Shown here piece after piece: positions 16,788 to 26,390 of a stretch of DNA of 64,000 nt. The position numbers were made by a program, and so were the translations under genes. The notes below the pieces were generated by a model. The model had not been told where the DNA came from. It made no database searches and saw nothing but the letters and a program-made list of their open reading frames with translations. Source of the stretch: an uncultured Eubacterium sp. (lineage in GTDB: Bacteria > Bacillota > Clostridia > Lachnospirales > Lachnospiraceae); NCBI GenBank assembly GCA_910584875.1, contig CAJUDA010000018.1, forward strand, positions 921 through 64,920, given 5' to 3'. Numbering within the stretch: position 1 is the first letter of the stretch; each line of letters starts with the position of its first letter.

Positions 16788-18820
16788 TCAACAGTCACCA
16801 TCCCCACTGATTGCAGTTCCACATCCGAATCGATCTCATTATATGACAGGACATGCAGATTTCTAAACTGCTCTTCGGTCAATTTTTTAAAATACATGCG
16901 GACAATCGGGGAAGTAATAATGATCGGCGTCCTTCCCAGCTCTTCCAGTTTATCCGTCTCCTCTTTAAGTGAAGTCAGCAGCCGCTGCGCATAGTCTGGA
17001 TCCAGTGCCAGATAAGATCCCTGCTCTGTCTGTTTTACCGCATTCATAATCTCCTGCTCCGCCTTTGGATCCAGTGTCACCACACTGGTAGGTTCCGTGC
17101 TGAAGAAATACTGGTTCGATATCGCCCTCTTGAGATTCTGCCGCACATACTCTGTCAGTATATCCGTATCATGGGTTGTCGATGCATAATCGGCAAGAGT
17201 CTCAAAGATCGTGATCAGGTCGCGGATGGATATCCCCTCGGCAAGCAGGTTCTGAAGCACCTTCTGGATCTCACCGACACTGAGCAGCTTCGGAACAAGC
17301 TCCCCGATCAGCGTCTGGTTTGCATCCTTCACATTATCAATAAGGTTCTGGACATCCTGTCTCGTAAGAAGTTCATCCAGATGGGAGCGTATGATCTCCG
17401 TCAGATGTGTCGCTATGATAGACGGCGGATCTACCACCGTATAGCCGAGTGACTCCGCCCGTTCTCTCTGGCTCTCTGTGATCCACAGCGCCGGCAGATG
17501 GTACGAAGGCTCAAACGTAGGAATACCGGAGATCTCTTCTTCCACATAGCCCGGATTCATCGCCATATAGTGGTCAAACAGGATCTCCCCCTCACTGACA
17601 GGCACGCCCTTGATCTTGATCAGATACTGGTTCGGATTCAGCTGGATGTTGTCCCGCAGACGGATCATCGGCACAACGCAGCCAAGCTCAAGGGCAATCT
17701 GTCTACGGATCATGACAACACGATCCAGCAGATCACCACCCTGATTGACGTCAGCCAGCGGGATGATGCCATAACCAAATTCCAGTTCAATGGAATCCAC
17801 CTGCAGGAGAGAATTGACATTCTCCGGCCGGCGGATCTCTTCGGCGGACTCCTCTTCCTCCGATACCGCCTCATCCGTCTCTGCCATCTCAAGCTCGCCT
17901 TTGATCATGCGCGCCGTGATCAGGAACAGGATCCCATACCCGGTAAAGATCACGATATTCAGCGGAGTAAAGATACCAAGACCGATCACTGCCGCCCCTA
18001 CGATGTTCAGTACCTTAGGGGTAGAAAACAACTGTCTCTGTAATATATTCCCCACATCGGCATCCTTAGAACCTTTCGTCACCAGAATACCGGTAGAGAG
18101 TGAGATCATCAGGGACGGAATCTGACTCACCAGACCATCACCGATCGTCAGAATCGAATAGGTCTGGACCGCCGCCTGAAATTCCATGCCGTTCATCAGC
18201 ACACCAAGAGCGATACCACCGACAAAATTCAGCACTGTAATGATCAGACCCGCTGTGGCATCCCCCTTTACATACTTGGTGGCACCGTCCATGGCACCGA
18301 AGAAAGCAGATTCTTCCTGTATCTTCTCCCTGCGTTCCTTTGCCTCATCATCTGTGATGGCGCCCGTGTTCAGATCGGCGTCGATCGCCATCTGTTTACC
18401 GGGCATGGCATCCAGTGTAAAACGTGCCGTTACCTCGGATACACGTTCCGAACCTTTATTGATCACGATCAGCTGCATGATCACCAGTACGAAAAATACG
18501 ATAGCGCCGACGATCAGATTACCCCCGCCGACGAAATTACCAAATGTCTCAACGACATTACCCGCCTCACCAGAGAGAAGAATGTTCCTCGTAGAGCTGA
18601 CGTTCAGCGAAAGCCGGAACAGCGTCATCAGCAGCAATAATGTCGGAAAGCTGGACATATCCAGCGGCTCCCTGGAAAACAGGGAGGTAAAAAGAATGAT
18701 CATCGAAAGTGTAATGTTCAAAGCGAACAGTAAATCCAGTAATATGAGAGGTACCGGAATAATCAGACATAAGATCGGCACTAATATAAAAACTCCCAGT
18801 GCGATGTCCTGTTTCTTCAT
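16784..18820 (-). CDS. flhA: Flagellar export gate protein FlhA
   Basis: ARFTLDAMPGKQMAIDADL, GAMDGA, TIGDGLV. Confidence 0.98.
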   Translation of the reverse strand: MKKQDIALGVFILVPILCLIIPVPLILLDLLFALNITLSMIILFTSLFSREPLDMSSFPTLLLLMTLFRLSLNVSSTRNILLSGEAGNVVETFGNFVGGGNLIVGAIVFFVLVIMQLIVINKGSERVSEVTARFTLDAMPGKQMAIDADLNTGAITDDEAKERREKIQEESAFFGAMDGATKYVKGDATAGLIITVLNFVGGIALGVLMNGMEFQAAVQTYSILTIGDGLVSQIPSLMISLSTGILVTKGSKDADVGNILQRQLFSTPKVLNIVGAAVIGLGIFTPLNIVIFTGYGILFLITARMIKGELEMAETDEAVSEEEESAEEIRRPENVNSLLQVDSIELEFGYGIIPLADVNQGGDLLDRVVMIRRQIALELGCVVPMIRLRDNIQLNPNQYLIKIKGVPVSEGEILFDHYMAMNPGYVEEEISGIPTFEPSYHLPALWITESQRERAESLGYTVVDPPSIIATHLTEIIRSHLDELLTRQDVQNLIDNVKDANQTLIGELVPKLLSVGEIQKVLQNLLAEGISIRDLITIFETLADYASTTHDTDILTEYVRQNLKRAISNQYFFSTEPTSVVTLDPKAEQEIMNAVKQTEQGSYLALDPDYAQRLLTSLKEETDKLEELGRTPIIITSPIVRMYFKKLTEEQFRNLHVLSYNEIDSDVELQSVGMVTVE

Positions 18821-18853
18821 TTCCGATTCCTCCTTTCTCTAAAATTTATTCGT

Positions 18854-19963
18854 TTAACTTACTTTCCCCTGGCGCTCATATACATAAGCGAGGATTTCCG
18901 CCACCACCTGATACAGCTCCGGCGGAATCTGGTCCCCGATCTCTACATTGTGATACAGCATTCTCGCCAACGGCTTATTTTCAACGATTTCAATCTGGTT
19001 TTCCCTTGCCGTATCCTTAATCTTCTGGGCAAGGAAATCGGCGCCTTTGGCTATGACAACCGGCGCTTCCGCCGCCTCTTTGTCATATTTCAGTGCCACT
19101 GCCAGATGCGTCGGGTTTGTAATGACCACATCGGCTTCCGGAAGAGCCTGCATCATACGCCGGCGGGAAACCTCCTGCATCTTTCTTCTGATCTGGCCTT
19201 TGATCTGCGGATTTCCCTCTGCATTCTTATACTCATCCTTGACTTCCTGCTTGGTCATTTTCATATCTGTCTGGAACTTACGCTTCTGGTAATACCAGTC
19301 CGCAAAGGCAAGTACAAGAAATACAATACATATTTTGAATGAAATATTCAGCACCAGGTCGACGATCAGCGTCAGAGCCGACCACAGATCCAGCTGATAA
19401 ATATTCACTATCATCCCCCATTCATTCTGCAGGGACGAATACACAACATAAAACAATACGGAAAGCTTCAATACCGCTTTCAGTAATTCAACCAGCTTAT
19501 CTTTGGAAAAAAACCGCTTAAACCCCTTGATGGGATTCAGTTTGGAAAATTTCGGCTTCAGGGGCTTCCCTGTCACCTTCCACTTGACCTGTACAACATT
19601 TGACACAAAGACGCCAAGGACGCCCAGGGCAATGATCGGAAGGATGATCCATATGATCTCAACCATTCCATACTGCAGCAGGGACATGACCCGTGCCGCA
19701 TTGAATTCCTCTGTGGCATAATCACTGATACAGCCATACAGTGTCTGAAAAGCTGTCTGGATCCGGTCCAGCATATATCCGCCAAAGATCCTGAGGCTTC
19801 CAAAAAGGATAATGAGCAGCACTGCCGTATTAATATCCTGGCTCTTTGCAACCTGTCCTTCTTCTCTTGCCTTCTCAAGCTTTTTTGGTGTGGCCGGTTC
19901 GGTCTTTTCCCCGCCCGGTCCATCTTTGTTGGCAAACAACTGGAGGTTATATTCCAAAATCAT
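18854..19963 (-). CDS. flhB: Flagellar export switch protein FlhB
   Basis: EKTEPATPKK and the NPTH autocleavage motif; start moved to MILEYNLQLFA. Confidence 0.96.
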   Translation of the reverse strand: MILEYNLQLFANKDGPGGEKTEPATPKKLEKAREEGQVAKSQDINTAVLLIILFGSLRIFGGYMLDRIQTAFQTLYGCISDYATEEFNAARVMSLLQYGMVEIIWIILPIIALGVLGVFVSNVVQVKWKVTGKPLKPKFSKLNPIKGFKRFFSKDKLVELLKAVLKLSVLFYVVYSSLQNEWGMIVNIYQLDLWSALTLIVDLVLNISFKICIVFLVLAFADWYYQKRKFQTDMKMTKQEVKDEYKNAEGNPQIKGQIRRKMQEVSRRRMMQALPEADVVITNPTHLAVALKYDKEAAEAPVVIAKGADFLAQKIKDTARENQIEIVENKPLARMLYHNVEIGDQIPPELYQVVAEILAYVYERQGKVS

Positions 19964-19990
19964 ACCAATATCCGCGCCTTTCCAGCACCT

Positions 19991-20044
19991 GCAAACTTTG
20001 TGGCGCAGGCACAAATTTGCGTGTGAAAAATTTATTTTTCACAC
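19991..20044. repeat. Twin inverted repeats between fliR and flhB
   Basis: GCAAACTTTGTG-N7-CACAAATTTGC abutting the perfect GTGTGAAAAAT-TT-ATTTTTCACAC. Confidence 0.75.
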
Positions 20045-20051
20045 TACTTCC

Positions 20052-20822
20052 CTATGGTGTAAATGCTGTTATGATCTGGCTGGCGATATCCTTCATCTGT
20101 GTAAAGATAAAGTCCGACACAGTCGGCAGCGTCTGTACAAGGAGCACCATCACAAACAGACCTGCGATCAGCTTGATCTGGATTCCTACGACAAACATAT
20201 TCATCTGAGGCGCCGCCTTGGTCAGAACGCCCAGGATCACGTTCAGCATCAGCATACAGCAGAACACAGGCAGGACGATCCTCAGGGCGATCATAAAATA
20301 ATCCGCCATAAAATCAACCATGATGTCCTTTAAGCCAGGACGGAATACCGCCTGTCCCACATTAAAATACCGGAATGAATCCGTGATGGAGCGGATCACA
20401 TAATAATGCATATTGGTAACAAGCAGCATAAGCATAAGAAAATAATTATAAATATTTCCTGTCACCGTAACCTGCATCCTGGTCGAGGGATCAAACATCG
20501 TAGCCATGGATAATCCCATCTCCATATCCATAATGTGTCCGGCAAAGCTGACGATATAAAAACACAGATTGCACATGAAACCCAGGATGACACCGACTAC
20601 CAGCTCCTTCAGGACCAGCACGGCAAATCCTGCCACTCCGGAATACGATAGCGACACAACCGGGAGCGTCTGGATCACAAGGATTGAAAGCATAATGCTC
20701 ACAGCTGCTTTCATCCGTGTTGGTACTGCCTGATAACTGAAAAAGGGAGCCGTCATCACAAAACCAGACATCCGGATCAGTACCAGCAGATAGAACTCCA
20801 TGTTCTCAATCGTAAAAGTCAT
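20052..20822 (-). CDS. fliR: Flagellar export protein FliR
   Basis: RMSGFVMTAPFF, GLSMATMFDP, APQMNMFVVG. Confidence 0.95.
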   Translation of the reverse strand: MTFTIENMEFYLLVLIRMSGFVMTAPFFSYQAVPTRMKAAVSIMLSILVIQTLPVVSLSYSGVAGFAVLVLKELVVGVILGFMCNLCFYIVSFAGHIMDMEMGLSMATMFDPSTRMQVTVTGNIYNYFLMLMLLVTNMHYYVIRSITDSFRYFNVGQAVFRPGLKDIMVDFMADYFMIALRIVLPVFCCMLMLNVILGVLTKAAPQMNMFVVGIQIKLIAGLFVMVLLVQTLPTVSDFIFTQMKDIASQIITAFTP

Positions 20823-20824
20823 CG

Positions 20825-21097
20825 TTATCCTCCTGCATATACGGAGAATTTATTACAGAGTTCCCGCAGAAACTCTGTACAGTTATTCATGATCCATCCC
20901 CCACACAAAAGTATGGTGATAAAAATTGAGATCAGCTTGGGAACGAACGTCAAGGTCTGCTCCTGGATGGATGTAACCGTCTGGAATATACTGATGACCA
21001 GTCCCACGATCAGTGAAACAAGCAGAAGAGGCATCGCACACTTGAAGATCGTCCAGATCATTTCCCGTGCAATATCTAATACTTCGGCATCTGTCAT
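20825..21097 (-). CDS. fliQ: Flagellar export protein FliQ
   Basis: FQTVTSIQEQTLTFVPK. Confidence 0.97.
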   Translation of the reverse strand: MTDAEVLDIAREMIWTIFKCAMPLLLVSLIVGLVISIFQTVTSIQEQTLTFVPKLISIFITILLCGGWIMNNCTEFLRELCNKFSVYAGG

Positions 21098-21111
21098 GAC
21101 TTACCCTCCCG

Positions 21112-21972
21112 TCAGTAAAATGTTTTCACAAGCTGTCCAACAACCAGATTCCATCCATCTGCCAGCACAAACAGCAGAATCTTAAACGGCATGGATATCG
21201 TCGTCGGCGGCAGCATCATCATACCCATCGACATCAGGGTCGACGCCACTACCATATCTATGACTATGAACGGCAGATAGATCAGGAAACCAATAATAAA
21301 TGCCGTCCTTAGTTCGCTTATCATAAAAGCAGGGATCAGTACCGTCGTCGGTATCTCGTCCTCATTTGACACCTCAACATCGTCACTTTTCTCCGAAATC
21401 TCCAGAAAAAGACGGATATCTTTGCGGTTTGTCTGTTCAAACATAAATTTCCTGAGAGGCTTCAGCCCCTGATTGAAGGCCTCTTCCTGTGTGATCTCCC
21501 CCGCCTCATAGGGCTGGATGCAGTCTGTATTGATCTGGGTGATCACCGGCGACATGATAAACAATGTCAAAAACAGCGCCAGTCCAATCAAAACCTGATT
21601 TGGCGGCGTCGTCTGAGTCCCCAGGGCAGTACGCACAAAGTGAAGCACAACAACGATCCTCGTAAATGACGTGACCATGATCACAATAAACGGTGCAATG
21701 GACAGTACCGTCAATACAAGAATCATCTTCATGCTGGCAGACAAACTTGAGCTCCCTGCATTCGTAGTAATATTAAATTGAAAGTCTTCCGGGGTATCCG
21801 GATCCTGTACCTTCGCCTCTGTGCTCCCCTCAATCTCATCCACATGGGAATCCGACCTCACTGCATAAACTTTGGTACTACAAAAAAAGGTTAATACACA
21901 CAGCAAGACTAACAGAATAGCATAACGAAATGATTTGTGACGTCCTTTCTTCTGTATCTCCATAAATACCAA
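21112..21972 (-). CDS. fliP: Flagellar export protein FliP
   Basis: TSFTRI, PPNQVL, PAFMISEL, GMMMLPP, FVLADGW. Confidence 0.97.
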   Translation of the reverse strand: MVFMEIQKKGRHKSFRYAILLVLLCVLTFFCSTKVYAVRSDSHVDEIEGSTEAKVQDPDTPEDFQFNITTNAGSSSLSASMKMILVLTVLSIAPFIVIMVTSFTRIVVVLHFVRTALGTQTTPPNQVLIGLALFLTLFIMSPVITQINTDCIQPYEAGEITQEEAFNQGLKPLRKFMFEQTNRKDIRLFLEISEKSDDVEVSNEDEIPTTVLIPAFMISELRTAFIIGFLIYLPFIVIDMVVASTLMSMGMMMLPPTTISMPFKILLFVLADGWNLVVGQLVKTFY

Positions 21973-21978
21973 CCTTTT

Positions 21979-22329
21979 CTATTTTTCTTTTTTTTGCTTT
22001 TTATGCATACGATTCAGCACATCCCGGAAAGGAAGTATGGCAGCTTCTTTTTCCTTTGCTGTAAGATCCAGCTGTTCCTCGTCTAACGGCGCAAGAAATG
22101 TAATATTATCCTTGGTCACAGCGATCGAATAATATTTACTGCCAAGCTGAATGATCTGGATATACTTGTTCTGTGCTATCCGGAATGTCTCAATCACCTT
22201 AATGTTACTGGACTGCATCTGTATCGCGCCTGTCTTACCGATCCATTTTGAAGCATAATAAGTCGCTGCCAGGACCAGGATAAAGACGATCAGTATGCCG
22301 CCCAGTTCGAGAACATTCTGCCAGCCCAT
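21979..22329 (-). CDS. fliO: Flagellar protein FliO/FliZ
   Basis: N-terminal TM segment and beta-rich domain; lies between cheY and fliP. Confidence 0.85.
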   Translation of the reverse strand: MGWQNVLELGGILIVFILVLAATYYASKWIGKTGAIQMQSSNIKVIETFRIAQNKYIQIIQLGSKYYSIAVTKDNITFLAPLDEEQLDLTAKEKEAAILPFRDVLNRMHKKQKKEK

Positions 22330-22331
22330 AC

Positions 22332-22694
22332 TTAACCGACAGCTTTCTTCACAGCTTCCAGTACGCGGTCTGCCTGAAATGGTTTAACAATGAAGTCTTT
22401 TGCCCCGGACTGAATGGATTCAATAACCATCGCCTGCTGTCCCATAGCAGAACACATAATGACTGTTGCTCCTGCATCGGATTCTTTGATCTTTTTCAGT
22501 GCCTGGATCCCATCCATCTCCGGCATGGTAATATCCATCATCACAAGATCCGGTTTTGTCTCAGCATACTTTTCCACTGCTTTCAAGCCATTCTCTGCTT
22601 CACCGGCCACTTCGTAGCCGTTCTTTGTGAGAATGTCCTTAATCATAACCCTCATAAATGCTGCATCGTCGCAAATCAAAACACTCTTTGCCAT
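22332..22694 (-). CDS. cheY: Chemotaxis response regulator CheY
   Basis: DDAAFMR, DITMPEMDG, SAMGQQ, FIVKPF. Confidence 0.96.
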   Translation of the reverse strand: MAKSVLICDDAAFMRVMIKDILTKNGYEVAGEAENGLKAVEKYAETKPDLVMMDITMPEMDGIQALKKIKESDAGATVIMCSAMGQQAMVIESIQSGAKDFIVKPFQADRVLEAVKKAVG

Positions 22695-22715
22695 TGTAAG
22701 TTCTCCTCCATTTGA

Positions 22716-23906
22716 TTATTCTTTAATAATTTCAGTTACTCGAATACCAAAACTTTCTTCGATTACAACAACTTCACCTTTTGCAACAAACTTGCCATTC
22801 ACAAGAACATCAACCGGTTCTCCGGCAAGTTTATCCAACTCAATAATGGTGCCCGGTGAGAAATCCAGTATTTCCTTAATAGACTTACTGGTTCGACCAA
22901 GTTCCACCGTAACCTCCAGTGGCACATCCATGATCAGGTCGATATTCTCTGGCGCAATTCCATCGAGATTCTGCATCGGCATAAAACTCTGGAACTGTGC
23001 CGGTTGTATATTTATATCCTGTGGCGGCATTACATACATAGGCTGCTGCATACCCGCCATAGGTTGTTGCTGTACTCCCATATCCATCTGGGGTGCCGCC
23101 ATCTGAGGCTGCGGCTGTGGTGCCGGCTGTGGCTGAGGCTGCGGCGCTGCTGCAGGCTGTGGTGCCGGTGCAGGCGTCGGAGCCGGTGGTGTACTGCTTT
23201 CCTCCGGTGCAGCACCTCCTGTCGCTGCTCCTTTGAACTGCTCATATATACGGCGGGCAAATTCCATCGGATACAGCTGCATAATCTGGCTGTCTACAAG
23301 ATCTCCGACTTCCATACGGAAGGAAACCTGTACAAAAGTCTGATCGATCAGCGTCTTAAATTCGTCTGGAAATTCCTCTCCAAAGTCAACCCTTGTCGCT
23401 GTCGGCGGACTAATATCTACCATTTCATTGATCATGGATGACATGGAAGTAGATGCCGACCCCATCATCTGGTTCATCGCCTCACAGATGGCGCTCAGAT
23501 GCAGTTCCCCTAATTCAGCATCTGTATTTGTACCATCGCCGCCCATCATCAGATCCGTAATAACCTTGACATCGCGCTCATTGAGAATCAGCATGTTTTT
23601 GCCTTCCAGACCAACCCGGTACGAAATATAAATAAACACACAGGGGGTGACCTGTTTCTCTGCCAGTTCCTCCATCGTTGTATAAGTAACCGTCGGCGTT
23701 GTAATATCGACACGATTATTTGTCAAAACAGAAAGAGTCGTGGCTGCGGTTCCCATACTGATGTTGGCGATTTCTCCCAGCGCATCACTTTCTTCCGGAG
23801 ACAGCATTACATCGGAATTCGCACTTGCTGTATCTTCGCTTCCGCTTCCCGCATCTGCACCGCCTAACAATGCATTGATCTCTTCCTGCGATAACATCCC
23901 GTCCAT
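22716..23906 (-). CDS. fliY: Flagellar switch phosphatase FliY (CheC-like domains and FliN domain)
   Basis: LSQEEINALL, two ExxN motifs (EIANIS, EAMNQM), P/Q-rich linker, SpoA domain. Confidence 0.95.
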   Translation of the reverse strand: MDGMLSQEEINALLGGADAGSGSEDTASANSDVMLSPEESDALGEIANISMGTAATTLSVLTNNRVDITTPTVTYTTMEELAEKQVTPCVFIYISYRVGLEGKNMLILNERDVKVITDLMMGGDGTNTDAELGELHLSAICEAMNQMMGSASTSMSSMINEMVDISPPTATRVDFGEEFPDEFKTLIDQTFVQVSFRMEVGDLVDSQIMQLYPMEFARRIYEQFKGAATGGAAPEESSTPPAPTPAPAPQPAAAPQPQPQPAPQPQPQMAAPQMDMGVQQQPMAGMQQPMYVMPPQDINIQPAQFQSFMPMQNLDGIAPENIDLIMDVPLEVTVELGRTSKSIKEILDFSPGTIIELDKLAGEPVDVLVNGKFVAKGEVVVIEESFGIRVTEIIKE

Positions 23907-23910
23907 TGCG

Positions 23911-24888
23911 TTACTCCTCTCTGTATATAGATTTTATTTTTACTGCATAGGAGTCCTCATGGGCCCCCGGAATAGCAGAAAATTTCTTTATATTCCCCAC
24001 ATAAACATCCAGTTCATCCTCAATCCGGGTATTTATCTTGATGATATCTCCCGGCTGCAGATGAATAAAGTCATTTACCGATATCGCACTCCTGCCCATG
24101 ATCGCACGCACAGGAATCTTCGCTCTCTGGAGAGAATCCTCCATATATTCGCGGTAAGCACTGTCATCTTTGACCTGTGCGGCAGAATACCAGTATTTCG
24201 TATTCACCTTATCAATGACTGGTTCAAGCACCGCATAGGGAATACAGATATTCATAAGCCCTTCCACATCACCGATCTTTATACTCATCGTGACGATGGA
24301 AGTCATTTCACTCGGCGTAACAAACTGGGCAAACTGGGAATTTGTCTCAATGCGCTCGAGCATCGGCTCCAGATGCTGTACGCTTTCCCATGGATCCACA
24401 AGCAGATTGATACAGATCACCATGATTCTCTCAATGATCGTCAGCTCAATCTCGGTAAATTCACGGCTCTTATCCAGCGGCCGCCCCTCACCGCCCATCA
24501 TGCGGTCCACCATGGCGTAACCAAGTCCTGTCGCCATTTCCATAATAACATTACCCTCCAGCGGTGCAAAATTCACCACGCCGAGCAGGACCGGATTAGA
24601 CAGAGAATTGGAAAACTCCTGATAAGTAGCTGCCTCCGAGTGCATCACCTCTACCTGCACATTCTTCCTCAGATATACCGGAAGGTTTGTCGATAAAAGT
24701 CTGGCATAATGTTCAAATATAAACACCAGCGTACGCAAATGCTCTTTTGAAAACTTGGATGGTCTTGCAAAATCATAATCCTTAATCTGTCGCTCATCAG
24801 GAGCATCATTTTCTGTAGGATCAAATTCACCACTATTGAGCTGCGACAACAGATTATCTATCTCATTTTGCGATAACACATCGCTCAT
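23911..24888 (-). CDS. fliM: Flagellar switch protein FliM
   Basis: LSQNEIDNLL, YDFARPSKFSKE, ETNSQFAQ. Confidence 0.97.
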   Translation of the reverse strand: MSDVLSQNEIDNLLSQLNSGEFDPTENDAPDERQIKDYDFARPSKFSKEHLRTLVFIFEHYARLLSTNLPVYLRKNVQVEVMHSEAATYQEFSNSLSNPVLLGVVNFAPLEGNVIMEMATGLGYAMVDRMMGGEGRPLDKSREFTEIELTIIERIMVICINLLVDPWESVQHLEPMLERIETNSQFAQFVTPSEMTSIVTMSIKIGDVEGLMNICIPYAVLEPVIDKVNTKYWYSAAQVKDDSAYREYMEDSLQRAKIPVRAIMGRSAISVNDFIHLQPGDIIKINTRIEDELDVYVGNIKKFSAIPGAHEDSYAVKIKSIYREE

Positions 24889-24942
24889 ACCAATCTCACC
24901 TCACTACTCACTCCATTGTCCTCGTGATATCCGTCTTTTCCT

Positions 24943-24971
24943 ATCATATCACATTTTTTGAATAACTTAAA
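24943..24971 (-). promoter_or_regulatory. Possible internal sigmaA promoter upstream of fliM
   Basis: TTTAAG-N17-TATGAT with a TG extension in a 105-bp gap; the -35 is weak. Confidence 0.35.
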
Positions 24972-24993
24972 GAGTTTTTTTCATCTAACAGAA

Positions 24994-25509
24994 TTAGGAA
25001 ACCAAAAATCCCGGCAGTGAAATCTCTACAATACACTTGGTATCGTATCTTTCCTGAAGTTTCTTCACCGCTTCTTCTTTTACTTTCTCTTCTGAAATTG
25101 TAGAAGACGAGAAAGAACTGATGGTCTCTTTTACAATATCCTCAACATATGTCGTATTTTTCTCGATCAGACCCTTGACATCCGAAAAACCATCCGCTTC
25201 TTTGTCAAACGATACCCGGATCCCCTTGATCACAGCATAATGATCCTGTTCATCCCCTGCCTCTTTCTGCAGATTGATATTGACATTTGCCTCATAAGGA
25301 ATCTCAAATACCTCCAGATTTTCCACTGGTGTCTGTTCATTTTTTTCATTTTTAGACTCAATCTCAAGATCAATGACTGACGCCACCTTATCAATCAGAT
25401 TACTGGTCTTATTCATCGCCGGCATCACCGAAAAAATAAGAACAGCCGTCAAAACCAGATTAATAATAGATGCTGCCATGATGACAATCGTCAGTATGTT
25501 TTTTTTCAT
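24994..25509 (-). CDS. fliL: Flagellar basal-body-associated protein FliL
   Basis: Single N-terminal TM segment, INL motif, lies between motB and fliM. Confidence 0.85.
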   Translation of the reverse strand: MKKNILTIVIMAASIINLVLTAVLIFSVMPAMNKTSNLIDKVASVIDLEIESKNEKNEQTPVENLEVFEIPYEANVNINLQKEAGDEQDHYAVIKGIRVSFDKEADGFSDVKGLIEKNTTYVEDIVKETISSFSSSTISEEKVKEEAVKKLQERYDTKCIVEISLPGFLVS

Positions 25510-25523
25510 GATATAAATCCCCC

Positions 25524-26390
25524 TTACTTACTGTCTTTTTTATTATCGGTATAGATTTTCAGCTCAACACGGCGGTTCTGCGCCCTGCCCTTCGCCGTTT
25601 TGTTGGAAGCGATCGGATAATATTCACCAAGCCCGCTTGCCTCCAGCGAAGAAGGCTTCAGATTCTTTTTATCCACCAGATACTCCAGCACTTCCGTCGC
25701 TCTTGCCGTAGAGAGCCACCGGTTACTCCGGTATGTACCGCCGGTAATCTTCACATCATCGGTATGCCCCTCGATCTTGATCATATGCTTTTCATACATC
25801 TTAAGAATATCGCCGACTTTATTCAGCAGTGATTTTGCCGAGCTCTTCAGTGCCGCCTGTCCGGAATCAAAAAGAATCCCGCCATTGAGGGAAATCTGTA
25901 CATACTGGTTGTTTTTGTCCGTATTGATCGTGATCTCATCCTCAATATTGCTCTTCCTTGCTGCCTCTGCTACATCCTTATAAATGGCTTCTGCTTTCTT
26001 TTTCTGCTCTTCCGCCTTTTTTTCTTCGACCTTCTTCTCAATGCTCTCATCGATCGGCTGGGTCCCCAGTTCAGAATTCTGTTTGGAATTTTCATTATCG
26101 TCATCTGAACTGCCTGATGTAGAAAACTCATTAAAATACTGACTGAGCGCCACTACCTGTTTGGTACCTACTGTGACAAAAGGCCCCTGTCCCACAGAGT
26201 TCCCTCCGCCATCAAAAATATTGATCCTTTCTGACATCGAGGTGACCAGCTGTTCATACTTGTCTGCATCTACTGTCGACATAGAAAAAAGCAATACGAA
26301 GAAACACAACAGCAGATTCATCAGATCAGCAAAGGTATTGATCCAGCCGCCTTCTATTCCCTTTTCTTCTTCCCGCTTTTTCCGGGCCAT
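25524..26390 (-). CDS. motB: Stator B subunit (MotB/PomB-like)
   Basis: WINTFADLMNLLLCFFVLL TM segment; OmpA-like domain (IEGHTDD, NRRVE). Confidence 0.95.
   Translation of the reverse strand: MARKKREEEKGIEGGWINTFADLMNLLLCFFVLLFSMSTVDADKYEQLVTSMSERINIFDGGGNSVGQGPFVTVGTKQVVALSQYFNEFSTSGSSDDDNENSKQNSELGTQPIDESIEKKVEEKKAEEQKKKAEAIYKDVAEAARKSNIEDEITINTDKNNQYVQISLNGGILFDSGQAALKSSAKSLLNKVGDILKMYEKHMIKIEGHTDDVKITGGTYRSNRWLSTARATEVLEYLVDKKNLKPSSLEASGLGEYYPIASNKTAKGRAQNRRVELKIYTDNKKDSK

Noticed and set aside
23090..23190. Short tandem repeats in fliY (PQP/APA)
   Set aside because: Ordinary low-complexity interdomain linker of FliY
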